Below, one piece after another: positions 1-13,995 of a stretch of DNA of 64,000 nucleotides (the first letter of the stretch is position 1; every line of letters begins with the position of its first letter). The notes beneath the pieces are model-generated. The model did no database searches and was not told where the DNA came from. It saw only the letters and a program-made list of their open reading frames with translations. A program made the position numbers and the translations under genes. Location of the stretch: positions 123,938,001-124,002,000 of the forward strand of contig OX597815.1 in NCBI GenBank assembly GCA_951406725.2. Direction: 5' to 3'. This stretch comes from Octopus vulgaris (lineage: Eukaryota).

Positions 1-183
1 TGGGGGAGGGGTTTCGTTGAGTGTATCGACCCCAGTGTTCAACTGGGGTCGATACACTCAACTTATTTCATCAACGTCAGAAGGACGAAATGTAAAGTCG
101 ACCTGGACGGAAGTTGAACTCAGAATATAAAGACAGACGAAATGCCATTAAGCGTGCTAACGCTCTTGGCAGCTCGCCGCATA
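1..183 (-). mobile_element. tRNA-derived SINE, family A (partial)
   Basis: Matches the recurrent tcgaccccagt...aaagtcgacct...gaactcagaa...gacgaaat...cagctcgccgc unit seen many times in the window. The reverse strand has a B-box-like gagttc. Confidence 0.8.
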
Positions 184-2794
184 AGCTTTAGTAATAATAA
201 TGACCCCGAACATTGCCGTAAGTTCACAAATTCGAGAGAGAGAGGAGTTATAATCGATTAGGTCGAACTTACTACTTGATTGATATTTATTTATGGATAT
301 CGGTGGTACTTGAACTCAGAATGTGAAGAGAGGTAACCTGTGCCGGCAACACGGTATTCAGGACCAATTTGAACAATGCAATCCTCACTGTCTCCAACTT
401 TTTTCTACAACAATCTCCAACCATCACTCTCATTACATCAAATAGAAGAAATGCAGTCAGAAAATTATAATTAACTTGCAAAACAAGAATTTTCTAGTTT
501 TCTGATCATACATCTATCACTGAGTAAAGTTTGAAATGTTTTAAGCAAAATCACGTTACAGGTCATAGCATTACACAAGGCTCTCAATCCGCTCCCCACC
601 CATTCATGTACTCCTTTCTTCCTTGTTCTAAAACTGACCTCACTTATTTTCTTTATTACCAAATTTTCTTGTTTTTGATTGCGCCAGGGAATATTTTGTA
701 TTTGTACCTCCACTCTCGAATTAACGTGAAAGGCGATTGCTTAGTGAATAAAGTCAGACTTTGGTAATTGGACTGTGCTTGTCATTGTGCCCACTGCTTG
801 ACCAATTCTTCCACTCTGAAGTACAAATTTACAGTATTTGGAGGACTGCATAATCGATTAGGTCGCTTGGTAAGTGGCTGGTGGATATCTCGTCGTTCCC
901 GGTAGTGTAAAAGACATTTTCTAACTCGATAGTATTTAAAAAAATTTCATTTATTGGGTATGGAGGGAGATCCAGTGCCTATAGTCCCCACAATGCCTTC
1001 GGGATAAGTAAGATTGATACCGTTGAAGTTCTGCTTACATAGCGGCAAATCAACACTTGCAGAAAAGACACAAGCAGGGAGAGAAGGCAGTTCTGGTGAA
1101 GAAATACTGAGTAAAGTAGTTTGTGTGAGGCCTGCGTGATGGAAACAGTATAATTGATTAAAGAACTGCGAATGTTTGAGAGGAAGCAGCTCGAGAGCAG
1201 CCTGCTCCAAGAAGCATATGTCATTATAGAGAGTACGGCAAAAATCCTGATACACAATTTTTGATAAATGTTTTGCAGCTAATACACGACGTGCACTATA
1301 ATGGTAACTAAAGGCCATAATGGTAGCTAAAAAGAAAAACGATAAATCGTTAGCTATCATTACCATCTACCTAGCTTCACAAGCGTAACACTATCAATGA
1401 TGAGTTTTTCTACGACACTCTATAATAACGGTAGAAAAGCTGAGAGAAAAGACAGTATGTCAGTGAATCAGTGAGTGGAGTGTGTTTGTGAGGGACTTTC
1501 ATACAATCAGCCGAGTGGCTTTTCGCTAGATGTGACTGAAGCATGATTTAAAGTATTACAAATATATACCGAGGCTATTTTCTCCATCATTCTGACGATT
1601 CTGTCAGGCATAACAGACTTATGGGGTGGTGGGAAGGTTACAGATGAATAATTCACTTAGTACATGACTGGTATTTATTTTGTCATATCCAACAATGAAA
1701 AGATTTAAATGCATTATGGTAAAGTAAAGTTATAAACATCACAAGGCATTTTGTCTGTCAGTCTATGGATTCTGATATTCACAATTATATATGGGTGTAT
1801 GTGTGTGTATGTGTGTACACGCATGCAAGCACACAAGTGCAACTAAAAGATAGAAAAAAGAGTACTCAATTTGAAAAGTCGATTAAAATATCTGATTTTA
1901 TTGTAAGTTGAAAATCTCAAACATCATTACTTTGGTTTTCACGTTTCCGACTTCAGGACGCAAAATAATGTAAATGGAATATTAAGGAGGAATTTAAAGG
2001 TAACGAGAAAGATCACTCACACCAAATATCGAACACCAACTGAATGAAGTTTACTCACAGCTTTGAACCTTGTTGGATAAATAATGTGACCGTTAAAGTA
2101 AATATAAACATGTCAAGATGTCAAAAGAGTTAAATAAACAATAAATATATAAATAAATTGGAATATGGACATAGAAAGAAAGATCGAAAGGGAAGAAGAT
2201 CAGGAAGAAGGAGAAGAGGAAGTAGAAAACAGCGATAAGAGGGAATAAGTGTAAGAAAGAAAGAAGAGGAAGAGGAGGGGGAGGAAGGGAAACAAAAAAA
2301 TAAAAAAGATTTTCCGGAAAGGATGTCTCAAAAGAATTTTTTATGTGTTAATAATGTGAATAATAATGAATTGAAATTATTTTCAAGATTGTAGTGAATT
2401 TTTTCGACGTCTGATGCGATATATTTTTAATAAAAAGACGAATCGTGGATTTACGTATAGACCAAGACAGATAGTAAATAAATGATTAGAAGTAAATTTA
2501 ATAAGAATTGAAGAATTTATCTTTAAGTAGGTGTCGTTACTAAATTTTGTAGCTTGTTATTTCTAAAAGATGGGATCTTAGAAGGCAAACTATAAATGCA
2601 TGTGTTGTGAAATTCAAAATTGCGAGGAAGCAAAGAAAAAGTACAATCCAACATGGAGATGATATATTCGATAAATTTTGGTGATAATAAAAGACTTTGG
2701 ATGGAACTTATTCTTATGAGATAGAAAAGGTGGGAGATATCTAGAAGTAGATGCAAATCCGTTTCAGATAATTAAAAGTAATATAAGAACTTTG

Positions 2795-3700
2795 GGATCT
2801 TTTCCTTTTGATGGACGGAATTTTCTAGTTAACTAAACAATTTGAAACTTCGTATACTGGTAGAATGTGTCAAAAGAAAACATTATTGTAAACAAAATTG
2901 AAAACAAAATTGTAATTTATAAGTTTAACGTAGTTTAATTCTTCGAATTTTAACCAATGAAATGCCAGCATTTGAGCTCAAATCATTTGCTGCGTTATCG
3001 ATATTGATAAACAAACATAGCAGACGCACAACGCATACACACACACACACACATATATTCAGATATATACACACGTACACTTGCACACACACACACAATC
3101 ACACACACACACACACACACATTCTCTGTCACTCTCTCTCTCTCTCTCAAACACATGCATATACATTTGCACAAGCACATAGTAATTAATATATAAGCGT
3201 ACACACACATACAAACGGAGGTATACATACACACACATATGCACATAAGCATACATACACGTTCGTGAGTTCGCACTGGTGTCGGTAGAATCGACTTAAT
3301 ACTTTTGTATCTCATGCTTTGTCCCCTCTGTGTTTTGCCCCTTGCTGTAACAAATTTACACAAAAGGTAAATAAACCAGAAGGGGGTCAATGTTTCATCG
3401 TTTCGGGGTCGATAAATTAAGTACCAATTACGCACTGGTGTCGAGGATTTTTTCCTGTGTGCTGTTTACGTTGCAACAGGATATTGTCTGAGTTTTTAGA
3501 CGCAGCAAATGATTTGAGCTCAAATGCTGGCATTTCATTGGTTAAAATTCGAAGAATTACACTACGTTAAACTTACAAATTACAATTTTGTTTTCAATTT
3601 TGTTAACAATAATGTTTTCTTTCGGCACATTCTACTGGTATACGAAGTTTCAAATTGTTTAGTTAACTAGAAAATTCCGTCCATCAAAAGGAAAAGATCC
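2795..3700. mobile_element. Non-autonomous DNA transposon (MITE) with 201-bp TIRs and 8-bp TSD; Merlin- or Mutator-like
   Basis: 2795-2995 (GGATCTTTTCC...) is the reverse complement of 3500-3700 with a few substitutions and no indel. GAACTTTG is duplicated at 2787-2794 and 3701-3708. Confidence 0.9.
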
Positions 3701-3803
3701 GAACTTTGATGCTATGAGTAGTTATCACTTATAGTGCTTGTAAAAGTAACATGAAGTCGACGTTGCCTTTCATCCTGTACTGGGGTCGATTTTTCTAGTC
3801 TAT

Positions 3804-3895
3804 CTGTCTGCCTCTTTGTCTGTCTGCCTCTTTGTCTGTCTGCCTCTTTGTCTGTCTGCCTCTTTGTCTGTCTGCCTCTTTGTCTGTCTGCCTGC
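3804..3895 (+). repeat. 16-bp minisatellite (tgtctgcctctttgtc) x ~5
   Basis: Directly visible tandem array. Confidence 0.9.
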
Positions 3896-5951
3896 TTCTT
3901 TGTTTGTCTGTCCGTCTGTCTGCCTGCCTGCCTATCTGTCTGTCTATTTCCACCCTCCCTCTCTTTCTGCGTGTGTTTCTGGAAGAAATCTGTAGTAGTT
4001 GACTGTAGTTGAACCCGGGAAGAAATGGGCTCTGGTGGGTTTTAAAATGCCAAACACACGTCAGTTATTACGATGAAATCCCTACGGCTCCATCAGGACT
4101 TGGAGGCTCATGGCATTTATCGCTCCCATTAATTGTAGCGTCTTTTTCCTTTGGATTAATTCAGCAGTAAATCTATCCATGTGTGTCGGATTACATGAGT
4201 TTCTTAACGACCAGCAACACACTGGCGTTTTTAACGTTAATTTTTTCTAAATATATCTTACTAAAAGTTTTACGTTAAATCATTCGTCGATATCTCGTTA
4301 AAAGTTTTTCTTTCTTCAATGGCAGAAATAAAACAGACAAATTAGTTCATGAAACACAATAAGCATCGAACCCAGATAATTTGATTAATCATTGAGGATC
4401 ATATAATGTTCAGAACACGATGTTTACGTGATTTTTTTCACACTTCTGCCTAAATATCCGTGACATGGTTTAATGAAGTGAAACTCTTTATCTCAAGAAC
4501 GTTGTGTTTTGGCTAGCTCAGTTAAATACCAATAATAAAACTCAAGGACATAATTTATCTGTAAACAAATCATATAAAATTCAATGGTGATCAGGCAATA
4601 AGACTGGATTTTATGAGTACATATACAGTCTTCTCTGTTTCATAGTCCATCATCTATCACGAATGTACCTTTGTATATTTTACTTAGTGAAGCGTGGCTC
4701 AACTGATATTCGACGCAGTTGTTTTAAACTCAACGTGTTTGATATTTATATTTTATACCTGAACTTGATTTATTTACACCTGTGGAGATACCGAATGTAA
4801 CTTAATACATGTGATTGTGAGGATTCCATTTCATTCACAGTAATCGAAAAATGATGATGAGGAGGAGGAGAAGGAGGAGGAAGAAAGCAACATTAACAGC
4901 ATAACGATCGCTTCTTTATTTGCCCAATAAAGCGTGAATGGAAGACGATAAGAAAGACAGTCAGTGAAAAAGAGAGAGGTGGTGTTTATACCCCCTCAAG
5001 TGGACAAGCAAAAACATTCGAAAATACATAAAACGTAAAAAAACGTATAACGTATATATTCCAAAAGGGAGACTGTGGCTTAGGGCAAAAGAGGACCTCT
5101 GCAAATCATCAAATATTATTTAATGCCAAATTACGCGTTTTCTCTTTGGTAGGTAATTACAGGTAAAAATTAAAATTGAATTCATCACTTTGCTACTCTT
5201 ATTTACTCCTCTCGACCACTTTTGCTAAAGGGAAGCGCTTCACTCCCCACTGTTACCCTTCCTTTCAACTAACTCATAGTTGAAAATGTGATGACGCTTG
5301 GCCGAAGGTGTATCTGTTTGACTTCACTCCTTGCAATCTCGTCATCATAACTATCAGATAGAGTAAAACTTCCCGTTATTTTCCTCTTATCATAAGAAGG
5401 GCGCAGAGGGCAATCTTTACGATGGATTCCACTGACAGCTGAATCTGTCCTATGTGCGATAACAAGGGTTCGGCATAATTATTGCTGTCTGGACACTAAA
5501 CAAAGACGTACAGAAAAATTTGTGGTTATGCAAGTACGTGGGTCAGGCCTGGCTGATGGAAATGCCGCGCCTATAGAGTTTATTTCGAACTGGTAACGAC
5601 TTGCTACAGGAATGTCAAGCTAAAGAATTCTAATTAAAACAAAAAGAGAGGCTATCTGCATCAACCTTTTGTTGCTAGGGGAAAACAAACGCACACGCAC
5701 ACACGCACGCGTGCGCGTGCGACGGCACCCATAAATATACACACACGTACAGATTAAGTGAGGGAGAGAAATAAAGAGAGAAGAAGAGAGGAGAGAGAGA
5801 TGGAAAGAGAGGGAGAGAGAGGGAAAGTAACAGAGAGGAGAAAGAGAGAGGGGAAGAGTGAGATATTACAATTTATTAATTCAGCACTATTGAAATAAAC
5901 ACTTTCCCTCTCCTTATACGCACAAAGAGAAATATGCACACACACATAAAT

Positions 5952-6011
<60 letters not shown>

Positions 6012-6824
6012 GGGAGAGAACGAGAGAAACATTATAACACCTAATATCAGGTAAGTCAGCATCGAATCATCGACGCTAAATAAGCGGCGCCAAACGAGCT
6101 GTGTCAAAATGTCTCATACTTCCTAGTTGATAAGGTGAGTGAAAGTGAGTTCAAGGCAATGTTCTAGATAACTGATGCTTATCCTTTGTGATTTGTCACT
6201 ATTCCTTTTGTTCTTTTGGACTTTCTGTGTAGAAAGCTTATAGATGAGTTTTGGTTCCACATATGTAACAGCTGGATCACCTATCTATGATGCTGAACTT
6301 TAGTCTTCGTCTCAGTAAACTCTACAATTTACAGTTCAGGTTTTGTTTTGTAGACTTGACGAGTCACGAGGACTTGTATAGGTATGCTTATCTCACCGAT
6401 CCCATGTCGTCAAATATTACATTTGTGCATGCTACCTTCCCATACAAAGGTAACTAGCCAAGAGTTGACATCAACATTCATGTCTCTGACAATAACACGT
6501 GTTTCTCTCTGCCAAATACTGCCGAATCAGCTTATGAGCAAGCGTTTCGTGTGCTATCTCGGCTTGGGCTTTCGCCCCACCCTCCGTTTTAAAAATGACA
6601 CATGTATAGAGCGGCATGCCCTCCTCCCAAAACAAAATATTTCATTTAACATTTCTGACAGAGCTGTCTCTAATTCAAATCTCGATAGAATCAGAAACGC
6701 GTCGTCTCTTTCACGAGACAGATCCACTCTTACAGGCCACTAAGATAGTGGAAATCTCGCACCAGTTCAGTACGCGAAATGTTCCCTGCTTTTGTCTTTT
6801 TAGACAAAAAGGTTTCATATCGAG

Positions 6825-7580
6825 GGTTTTTCTGTAGGAAAAAAACATTATCAAAGATCAATTTATCGTTGTTCATGCTAACACCCAAAACAATATGTAG
6901 ATATATTTAGAGCAGCTTATGCATCGCATAAACAATAGCAAAATGCGACAAAGGTTTAATTACCTACCTACTGGATCTAGCGAACATACGCATCTACATA
7001 CTAACAAAGGAGATGTAAGCCGCAATGAAAACACCAATTACGGTCAAATCGTAATAGTAGAAATGTTTATGATACAGCTAACACGGTAATGACGTCGGTA
7101 AATGGAGTCGGGACTGCCTTATATACAAATGAATACGATAAATGCCCATGCAGGGGAAAAATCAAAATGTCCATTGATTACTCTCTGTATGAGTACAAAT
7201 CTTGTGTATAAATGTACCGTGCACAGAAGGGGAGGGTCGTATGTTTGCATTGGGCAGACGGCTGATTCATTTAAGAATCGCTATTGTAACCATGTCGCCA
7301 GCTTTAAGACAATCAATAAAAGACATTCAAAATCTTTGGCCAGTTTTGTATGGCGATTGTAGGGGGACAAAATGAAGTACAGCATAACTTGGTCTATAGT
7401 AAGGCACGCGAAACAATACAATACAATTTCCAGGAGATGCCGTCTCTGCTCCGAAGAATCCCTGTCTATTCTGTGGACTAATGAGGAGATCATTAATAGA
7501 ATTTCTGAAAGAATCTCAAGATGCCTACATGCATATAAATGTACTTTCGCACAATGCAGTGGGAATGAATTTTGAGTAAC
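6825..7580 (+). pseudogene. Degraded Penelope-like element C-terminus (GIY-YIG endonuclease)
   Basis: ORFs 7102-7362 and 7372-7575 (CPL..C...LVYKC...CIGQT..SFKNRYCNH...SL..FVW...W.I...C.LC.EE...C.H) parallel the PLE ORF at 43417-44037. Interrupted by a stop codon. Confidence 0.85.
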
Positions 7581-7872
7581 TGTTAACATAATTTACTTTA
7601 AGGTATGGATGACTTCTTACAAACACGAAGTAGATAACTTCAAATTACGATGAAAGTAAACAAAATTAATTCCCAAACAAAATAATTAATTCTCAAACGC
7701 AGAATAATGCTAACAGAATAGCATGAAATTTTTTCTGCAAAATATGGATATATTATCCTGTTCCTGCTATTCTGTTAGCATTATTCTGTGCTTGAGAATT
7801 ATTTCTGTATCTTTCAATACATCTCAACGCTTCTAAAAGGCAACTTTGTTTACTTCCATTGTAATTTGAATT

Positions 7873-7938
7873 TAACTTAATGGCAAAGGACTATGACTGG
7901 TAATCACAGGGATGTGAGTTCGAGTCTCATGGCTGGCC
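7873..7938 (+). pseudogene. tRNA-like remnant (GGT anticodon loop) within a ~220-bp duplicated unit
   Basis: A-box-like taacttaatggc, anticodon arm tatga-ctGGTaa-tcaca and T-arm gtgag-ttcgagt-ctcat. The 5' acceptor strand is missing. Confidence 0.55.
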
Positions 7939-8590
7939 GCTGGCGAATTTTTCTGCAAAATATGGATATTTTCCCTGTTCCTGCTATTCTGTGAGAATTA
8001 TTCTGCGTTTGAGAATTAATTATTTCTGTATCTACGAAGTATATAGTTAACTCGCTTTGTGATCATAAGTGCACCAAATCTCACATGTGCGTGTGCTCAC
8101 ATTTTCGCGGATGCTTGTACGAGCGAGTGCACTCGCACCATGCAGCTTGCTCGAGGACGATTATACATCCATATTTGTTAACGGTTATTTTAAATAATTT
8201 TCTTGCTGTATTGCGTGTTCGTTTCTCTTTTTTCCATCTGTGATTTTATTTTTGATCTATGTGAATGAAGATATTTCCTCCGTCTGGCTGCTTTTCTTTC
8301 TACAAAACTAGAAGTTGCAACGCGGAACTGTTATTTTAATGAGTTGTGTCTATTCATCACCCGATGAGATACATCTGCACCGCCGGATGCTCCTGAACCA
8401 GTTGTTGAGCGTTCCACCCAAGAGGAATCGATGCTAGATGTGTCGAAACAAATGCCATGATTAATAAATGCTAGTATATTCCATCTTCTGTCTTTCATTT
8501 GCAATATACATAGCGATCGCTGTGAAATTAACCGTGCTTTACCAGTAAGCTACCAGGTGCTAACCATTCGTTTTATTATCCAGTATACAC

Positions 8591-8664
<74 letters not shown>

Positions 8665-10828
8665 GTGTGTGTGTGTGTGTATGTGCGTGTGTGTGTGAGT
8701 GAGTGAGTGAGCGTGTGTGTTTGTTTGTTTATGTGTGTTTTTGTATAATATATTTAGTATGTGTCATAACCTTGTAACTTTTGTATGTGTGTGTATGTGG
8801 ATGCTTTCATGTTAGTGTGTGTATTTGTGTATGAAGATGAGTGCATGGTTTCGATGGGGTTGTAGGAGTAAGGGGCGGGTGTATTAAAAACGTAAATTTT
8901 CTTTGCGGATCTTATCTTTCTGCTATTGTCCCTACAAAAGTCATTAAACGGCCGATGGTCGTTGATGGTGCGGTTAATGCTTTGATCTATAAGATAAATT
9001 CCAACGGGCTTCATGTTAACTTTATTTTGATTTATTTCTATACCGTTTACGGAAACAATTGTAATAGCATATATATATATATATACTAGTGCGAACACGC
9101 TATCTTTGAGATAGCATGTGTTACATTTGTTAGATATTATTGTATCATATATTCTATAGTGTATATGCGTAAGTATAGATATGGCAAGCATGTGGGAAGA
9201 ACGTTGGCAAGACATGCAACATGACTGAAATTCGAACATCAATAATGGAAAACGTAGGGCTATTAGAATGAAAAGCAATTATGTTAAGAGAACATGCGTT
9301 TATGAAGCAATGAAAACTTACTATCTAATTACTACCAATAAATTCTATAATATATAATCCTTTTGACCATAAGTTTGCCCAGTCAGAGCCGACCTGTCAC
9401 TATAAAAAAATACAAAAAACAAAAAACAAAAACAAAACAAAAAATTTAAAAATGCAGTAACACGATTACACATGCAGACATACTTATACCAAAAATTCAT
9501 CACGTGTTAAGAGAGCTTTTAAAATGAGAAATCGATAGCAACTTGTCCCAGTTCCAGTGTCTAATATATTACTTGATGACATAAATCTGATAACGATAAC
9601 AATAACAACGAAAAACAATAGCATTCATGTGTGCTTACACAAATGCATACGTATGATAGGTAGGAACAAAAGAAATTGGTAGATCTTCCTTAAAAATTGT
9701 AAATCAATTAGTTAACTAGTGGCTCTTTCATATGGACTTCATCGGTCATGGATAATTTGCTTCAAATTTGAAATCTTAAAATGTTGAAGTATATCAAAGC
9801 TAACCTGATTTCTGTTTACAAGTAGTCTTAATCACCTTTGAGATTAGAAGAAAGATTTTAAAGTCTTGTACCCGAGCTTAACGTATTCCAGTTGTAGTCA
9901 TCTCTTACAGTTTGATTTAGTCAACTTACACCTTTTGTACACTTTGTAGTTTCCTGCCTTGTTAAAATAAGATCTCTTATATTGATACGGAGCATCAGAT
10001 TGACGGATAAACATAAATAATTGGATGTTGTGGTGTTTCTGCCATTCCCATCAGCATTAGTAATGATACTGAAACAATTTTAAGCTAATGAAATTACTAT
10101 ATATCGCCGGTAACATAGGTGGAATTGTAGAGTGCTGAACTAAGGAGTGAATGCCTTTGCGGTAGTCAAATGCATACTTTTGTGGCCTGAATTCAAACCA
10201 CATTTGAATTGACTTCATCTGTTCTGGATTGATAAAATAAATACCAGTTATAAGCGCTAGCAGAGCTGTGTAACCGAAACGGCTACTTCGCAAGCACAAG
10301 GTTTCTACTCCAGTTCCACTGCGCGGCACTTTAGGCAAATGGGCAGGCCAATGCCTTTCGAGTGACAACTGTATGGATGTCCAATATACAAATACATATC
10401 TATATCTATGTTTGTTGTATGTTTGTGTGTCTCTGTGTGCATGTGTTTGTGTGTATGTATTTGTGTGTAGGTGTGTGTGTGTGTATGTGTTTGTGTGTAT
10501 GTATTTGTGTGTAGGTGTGTGCGTGTATGTGTGAGCGCGTGCGTATTTGTGTGTATGTGTGAGCGCGTGTGTATTTCCATCTGACAACAGATGTAGTTTT
10601 ACTGACGTCCCCATAACTTAGCGGTTCGGCAAAATATAAATAAGTACTACACTTGCATACTGGGATCGATTTAATTAACTAGACCCTTAAAAACAATGCT
10701 CCAACATGGTTACACCCTCAATGACGAAAACTAATATAAAATAATAATTATTATTTAAAGGTACACTGAGCAGGGATGATTTAAAATAAAACTGTAGACA
10801 TTTATGTTTAGAACGTTCGTGGTCATCC

Positions 10829-11265
10829 AAACATGAAAGACCTTCTGTACGGCAACTGTCTCGAAAATAAATTCTTCTTATAAAATGTGCGTGAAAACAT
10901 ACCCGACTGGGTTATGAATGACGTTGCCGGGTAGTAAGACATGTGTTTATGCGTGTAAATGTACACAGGTTTGTTATAATCATTACTGCTAAGTGGGCCT
11001 TTAATTAATGCATTCTAACTTGACAAAGGTTAGCACTAGCCTGCATATTCGATTCTAGCTGTTTTCATATAAGAAGGCTATTGTTTAGACGGTTATAAAT
11101 GACGATCTTAGTGTCCGTATCTGAAGAAGCATAAGCACGCAGAAACATGCATCTTACGGTCTGCAAACGTTATTCAGAAGAGCATTTCGGCGTGTTTTCG
11201 CACACAGTCTATAAAGAGAATTTCTTTTCCGTGGCAGTTGACGTAGCGAAGGTCTTTTCATGTTC
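10829..11265 (+). mobile_element. Short non-coding element with ~70-bp inverted ends and an internal hammerhead motif
   Basis: 10829-10900 is a diverged reverse complement of 11192-11265. HHR motif at 11115-11159. Confidence 0.55.
11115..11159 (+). ncRNA. Candidate minimal type-I hammerhead ribozyme
   Basis: ccgta(t)-CTGAAGA-agc...gca-GAAA-catgca-TC-(t)tacgg. Stem I is ccgta/tacgg; stems II and III are weak. Confidence 0.5.
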
Positions 11266-11279
11266 GAGAGTACTTGAAT

Positions 11280-11625
11280 ATTGTTTTTTGGCTAAATAAA
11301 CACACGCACCATATATTCATTCTTCACTTCAGATTTATTATTGTTCTTATTTTATGTCATTTGTCTGGAAACCTTTCGTCACACATCCTGTGACCTCTCA
11401 GAAAGGACTAAACAGAACAAGAGGAGAGTCGCAAAGAAGTCCCAGGATGTATGACGAAAGATTTCCAGACAAAGGACATAAAATAAGAACAATAATAAAT
11501 CCGAACTGAAAAACGAGTATATACGAGTGTGTGTGTTTATTTGGCAAGAAAAAAAAAATAATGATCATCCCGAAATATAACAATATCTGTTTCAACACAC
11601 GATTTGATATCAGGAATCTTGCAGC
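11280..11625. mobile_element. Diverged head-to-head inverted duplication of the same HHR element family as 39064-39570
   Basis: About 11280-11390 is inverted relative to ~11440-11560. Shares gtcaca...tgacGAAA and ccgaaatataacaatatctgtttcaacacacga...aatcttgca with the 39-kb element. Confidence 0.75.
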
Positions 11626-12044
11626 ACAAATACATAAGCATAAGTACTTGAATACTTTAAATATAAATGTACACATCTTATAGAACGAAAAAGGATACTG
11701 ATAATGGTTCAGTCTGTCGAAATTTATGGGCTTATGTGACTGTATGAAGTCGTTAATGCATTACAAAGGGTCAAATCGTGCATCTTTAAAGTATATTTCA
11801 ACTTCCTTCTTTTGTCTTTTCACACATACACTCACACATACACACGCTCTCACACACACATACATAAACACTCTCTCTATCACACACACACACACAAACA
11901 CTTATATACACACACAAGTCCGTACAATTACACATACAAACACACATACATACACACGAACACATGTAAATGAAGAAAAAAGAAAGAAAAAGAAAAAGGA
12001 ATAAAGGAAGAATAACAACAAGAACAAAACGAATAACAATCATA

Positions 12045-12461
12045 GTTTCAAATTTTGGCTCAAGGCCAGCAATTTTGGGAGAGTGAGTAAGTCGATTACA
12101 TCGACCCCAGTGCTCAACTGGTGTTTATTTCATCGCTTCTGAAACGATTAAAGGCAAAGTGGATCTCGGCGGAATTTGAGCTCAGAACACAAAACTGGAT
12201 GCTGCTGCTCAGGATTTCACCCGGCTCGCCGTCTTAATAATAATAATAATCCTTTCTACTATAGGCGCAAGGCCTGAATTTTGGGGGAAAGGAACGACTG
12301 ATCACATCGACCTCAATATTTAGATGGTACTTAATTTATCAACCCCGAGAGAAAGAAAGGCAGAGTCGACCTTGGCGGAATTTGAACTCAAAATGTAGCA
12401 ACTGGCGAAATGCCGCTAAACATTTCGTCCCCCGTACCAACAATTCTGCCAGTTCGCTGCC

Positions 12462-12463
<2 letters not shown>
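12045..12463 (-). mobile_element. Two adjacent family-A SINEs
   Basis: Two successive copies of the family-A unit, followed by (TAA)n. Confidence 0.8.
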
Positions 12464-12535
<72 letters not shown>

Positions 12536-12780
12536 GATGATGATGATGATAATAATGATGATAATAATAATAATAATCTTGGTATAAAAGATGGACTACA
12601 GCAAATATTCTGCTCAATACCACAGATATGCTTGTCAGTTGTTTGACCTTAATCAGTTGATCATGTCCTTTAGTGGCTGACGATATGTGCATCTCTGATC
12701 ATGAGCAGAAGTAGTAGGGGAGCATCATAGATGTGTGTTGAAAGGAACGACAATAATAATAATGATGATGATGATGATTG

Positions 12781-12848
<68 letters not shown>

Positions 12849-13480
12849 ATATCTTTTGAGAAAATGAGGACAATCAAAATAAAGAGGAGTCAGAAATGAT
12901 ATTAAGCAAATAATATATTTTTTTACAAATGTGAAAATTTAAACGGTAAGAGTAGACACAAGGATGACAACGGCCGTTAGAAAAATATAAAATAGAATTT
13001 TAAAAAATTCCTTCAGTTTCATTTAGACACTGGTCTCTTCATAACGATATATATATACATATAGTTTCTCTTTATTTTTGGAGGAAATATTATTCCTAAA
13101 TATAAAAATGATATTTTCTTAATGTGTGGACGTCACCCAAAGGTATATTTCCGTGACCAATTCACTGAAACGTTGAGATATACTGCCTAAATATTTATCT
13201 TGTCTTCGTAACGTGTCAGGCCTACCGCATATGCCTCACATATAATATAGATTAATGATATACATAGATAAACAGATAAATACATACATATAAAAAATGG
13301 GCTAAGGAAGTAACTCAGGTGGACCAATGACTTTAATTAAATAAGTTGATAGGAGGTGATCTACTGATTGACGTACGCAAAAATAGCTCTTGAAGAATGA
13401 AAACATATATCTAACGACGTTACCGACTTTCAAAGGAAAGGGGACATAATTTCAATATCTAAACAACACACGCGCGCGCG

Positions 13481-13533
<53 letters not shown>

Positions 13534-13884
13534 CATAAATCTAATTTTTCATTTTGAATTTTACAAAATGTCTAATAGAAAAAGCAAACTTTATAGTAAC
13601 ATTTTTGTATTTTGACTCGATATTTTATTCTGGAAATAATACACATTACTATTTCAGTCTATATAATCACATACACTAAATACAACAATTTCACAAGAAC
13701 CGCAAAGAATAGTTTGGAAATACGAAGAGTCGTTTCTTTCATCCGAGGTAGGGAATAGCTAACACCTCATCATAGTGTAAAACTGAATTTTCTGGGATAG
13801 TGGACAGCAAGTGAACAACCAAGTTGTCACTTTAAATTTCTCTTTTGAAACGTATTATTTAAGGGAGTTATCGATTTCAAGTGA

Positions 13885-13995
13885 TGGTGCGTGGCTTAGT
13901 GATTAAGATGTTGAGACAACGTCGTAAAATTGTGGGTTCGATCCCCAGACCGAATGATGCGTTGAGTTCTTGAGTAAGGCACTTCGTTTCACTTA
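13885..13995 (+). mobile_element. tRNA-derived SINE head, family C
   Basis: A-box gtggcttagtg, B-box gggttcgatcc and ttcttgagtaaggcactt core. Same family as 24255-24583. Confidence 0.65.

Noticed and set aside
900-1370. 139-aa minus ORF and Cys-containing plus-strand sequence, vaguely like a piggyBac C-terminus
   Set aside because: No recognisable catalytic motif, TIR or TTAA pair could be confirmed by eye.
6650-6720. ctgacaga...gaaacgcgtc hammerhead-like words
   Set aside because: The core spacing is wrong and there is no convincing stem I. At best a decayed motif.
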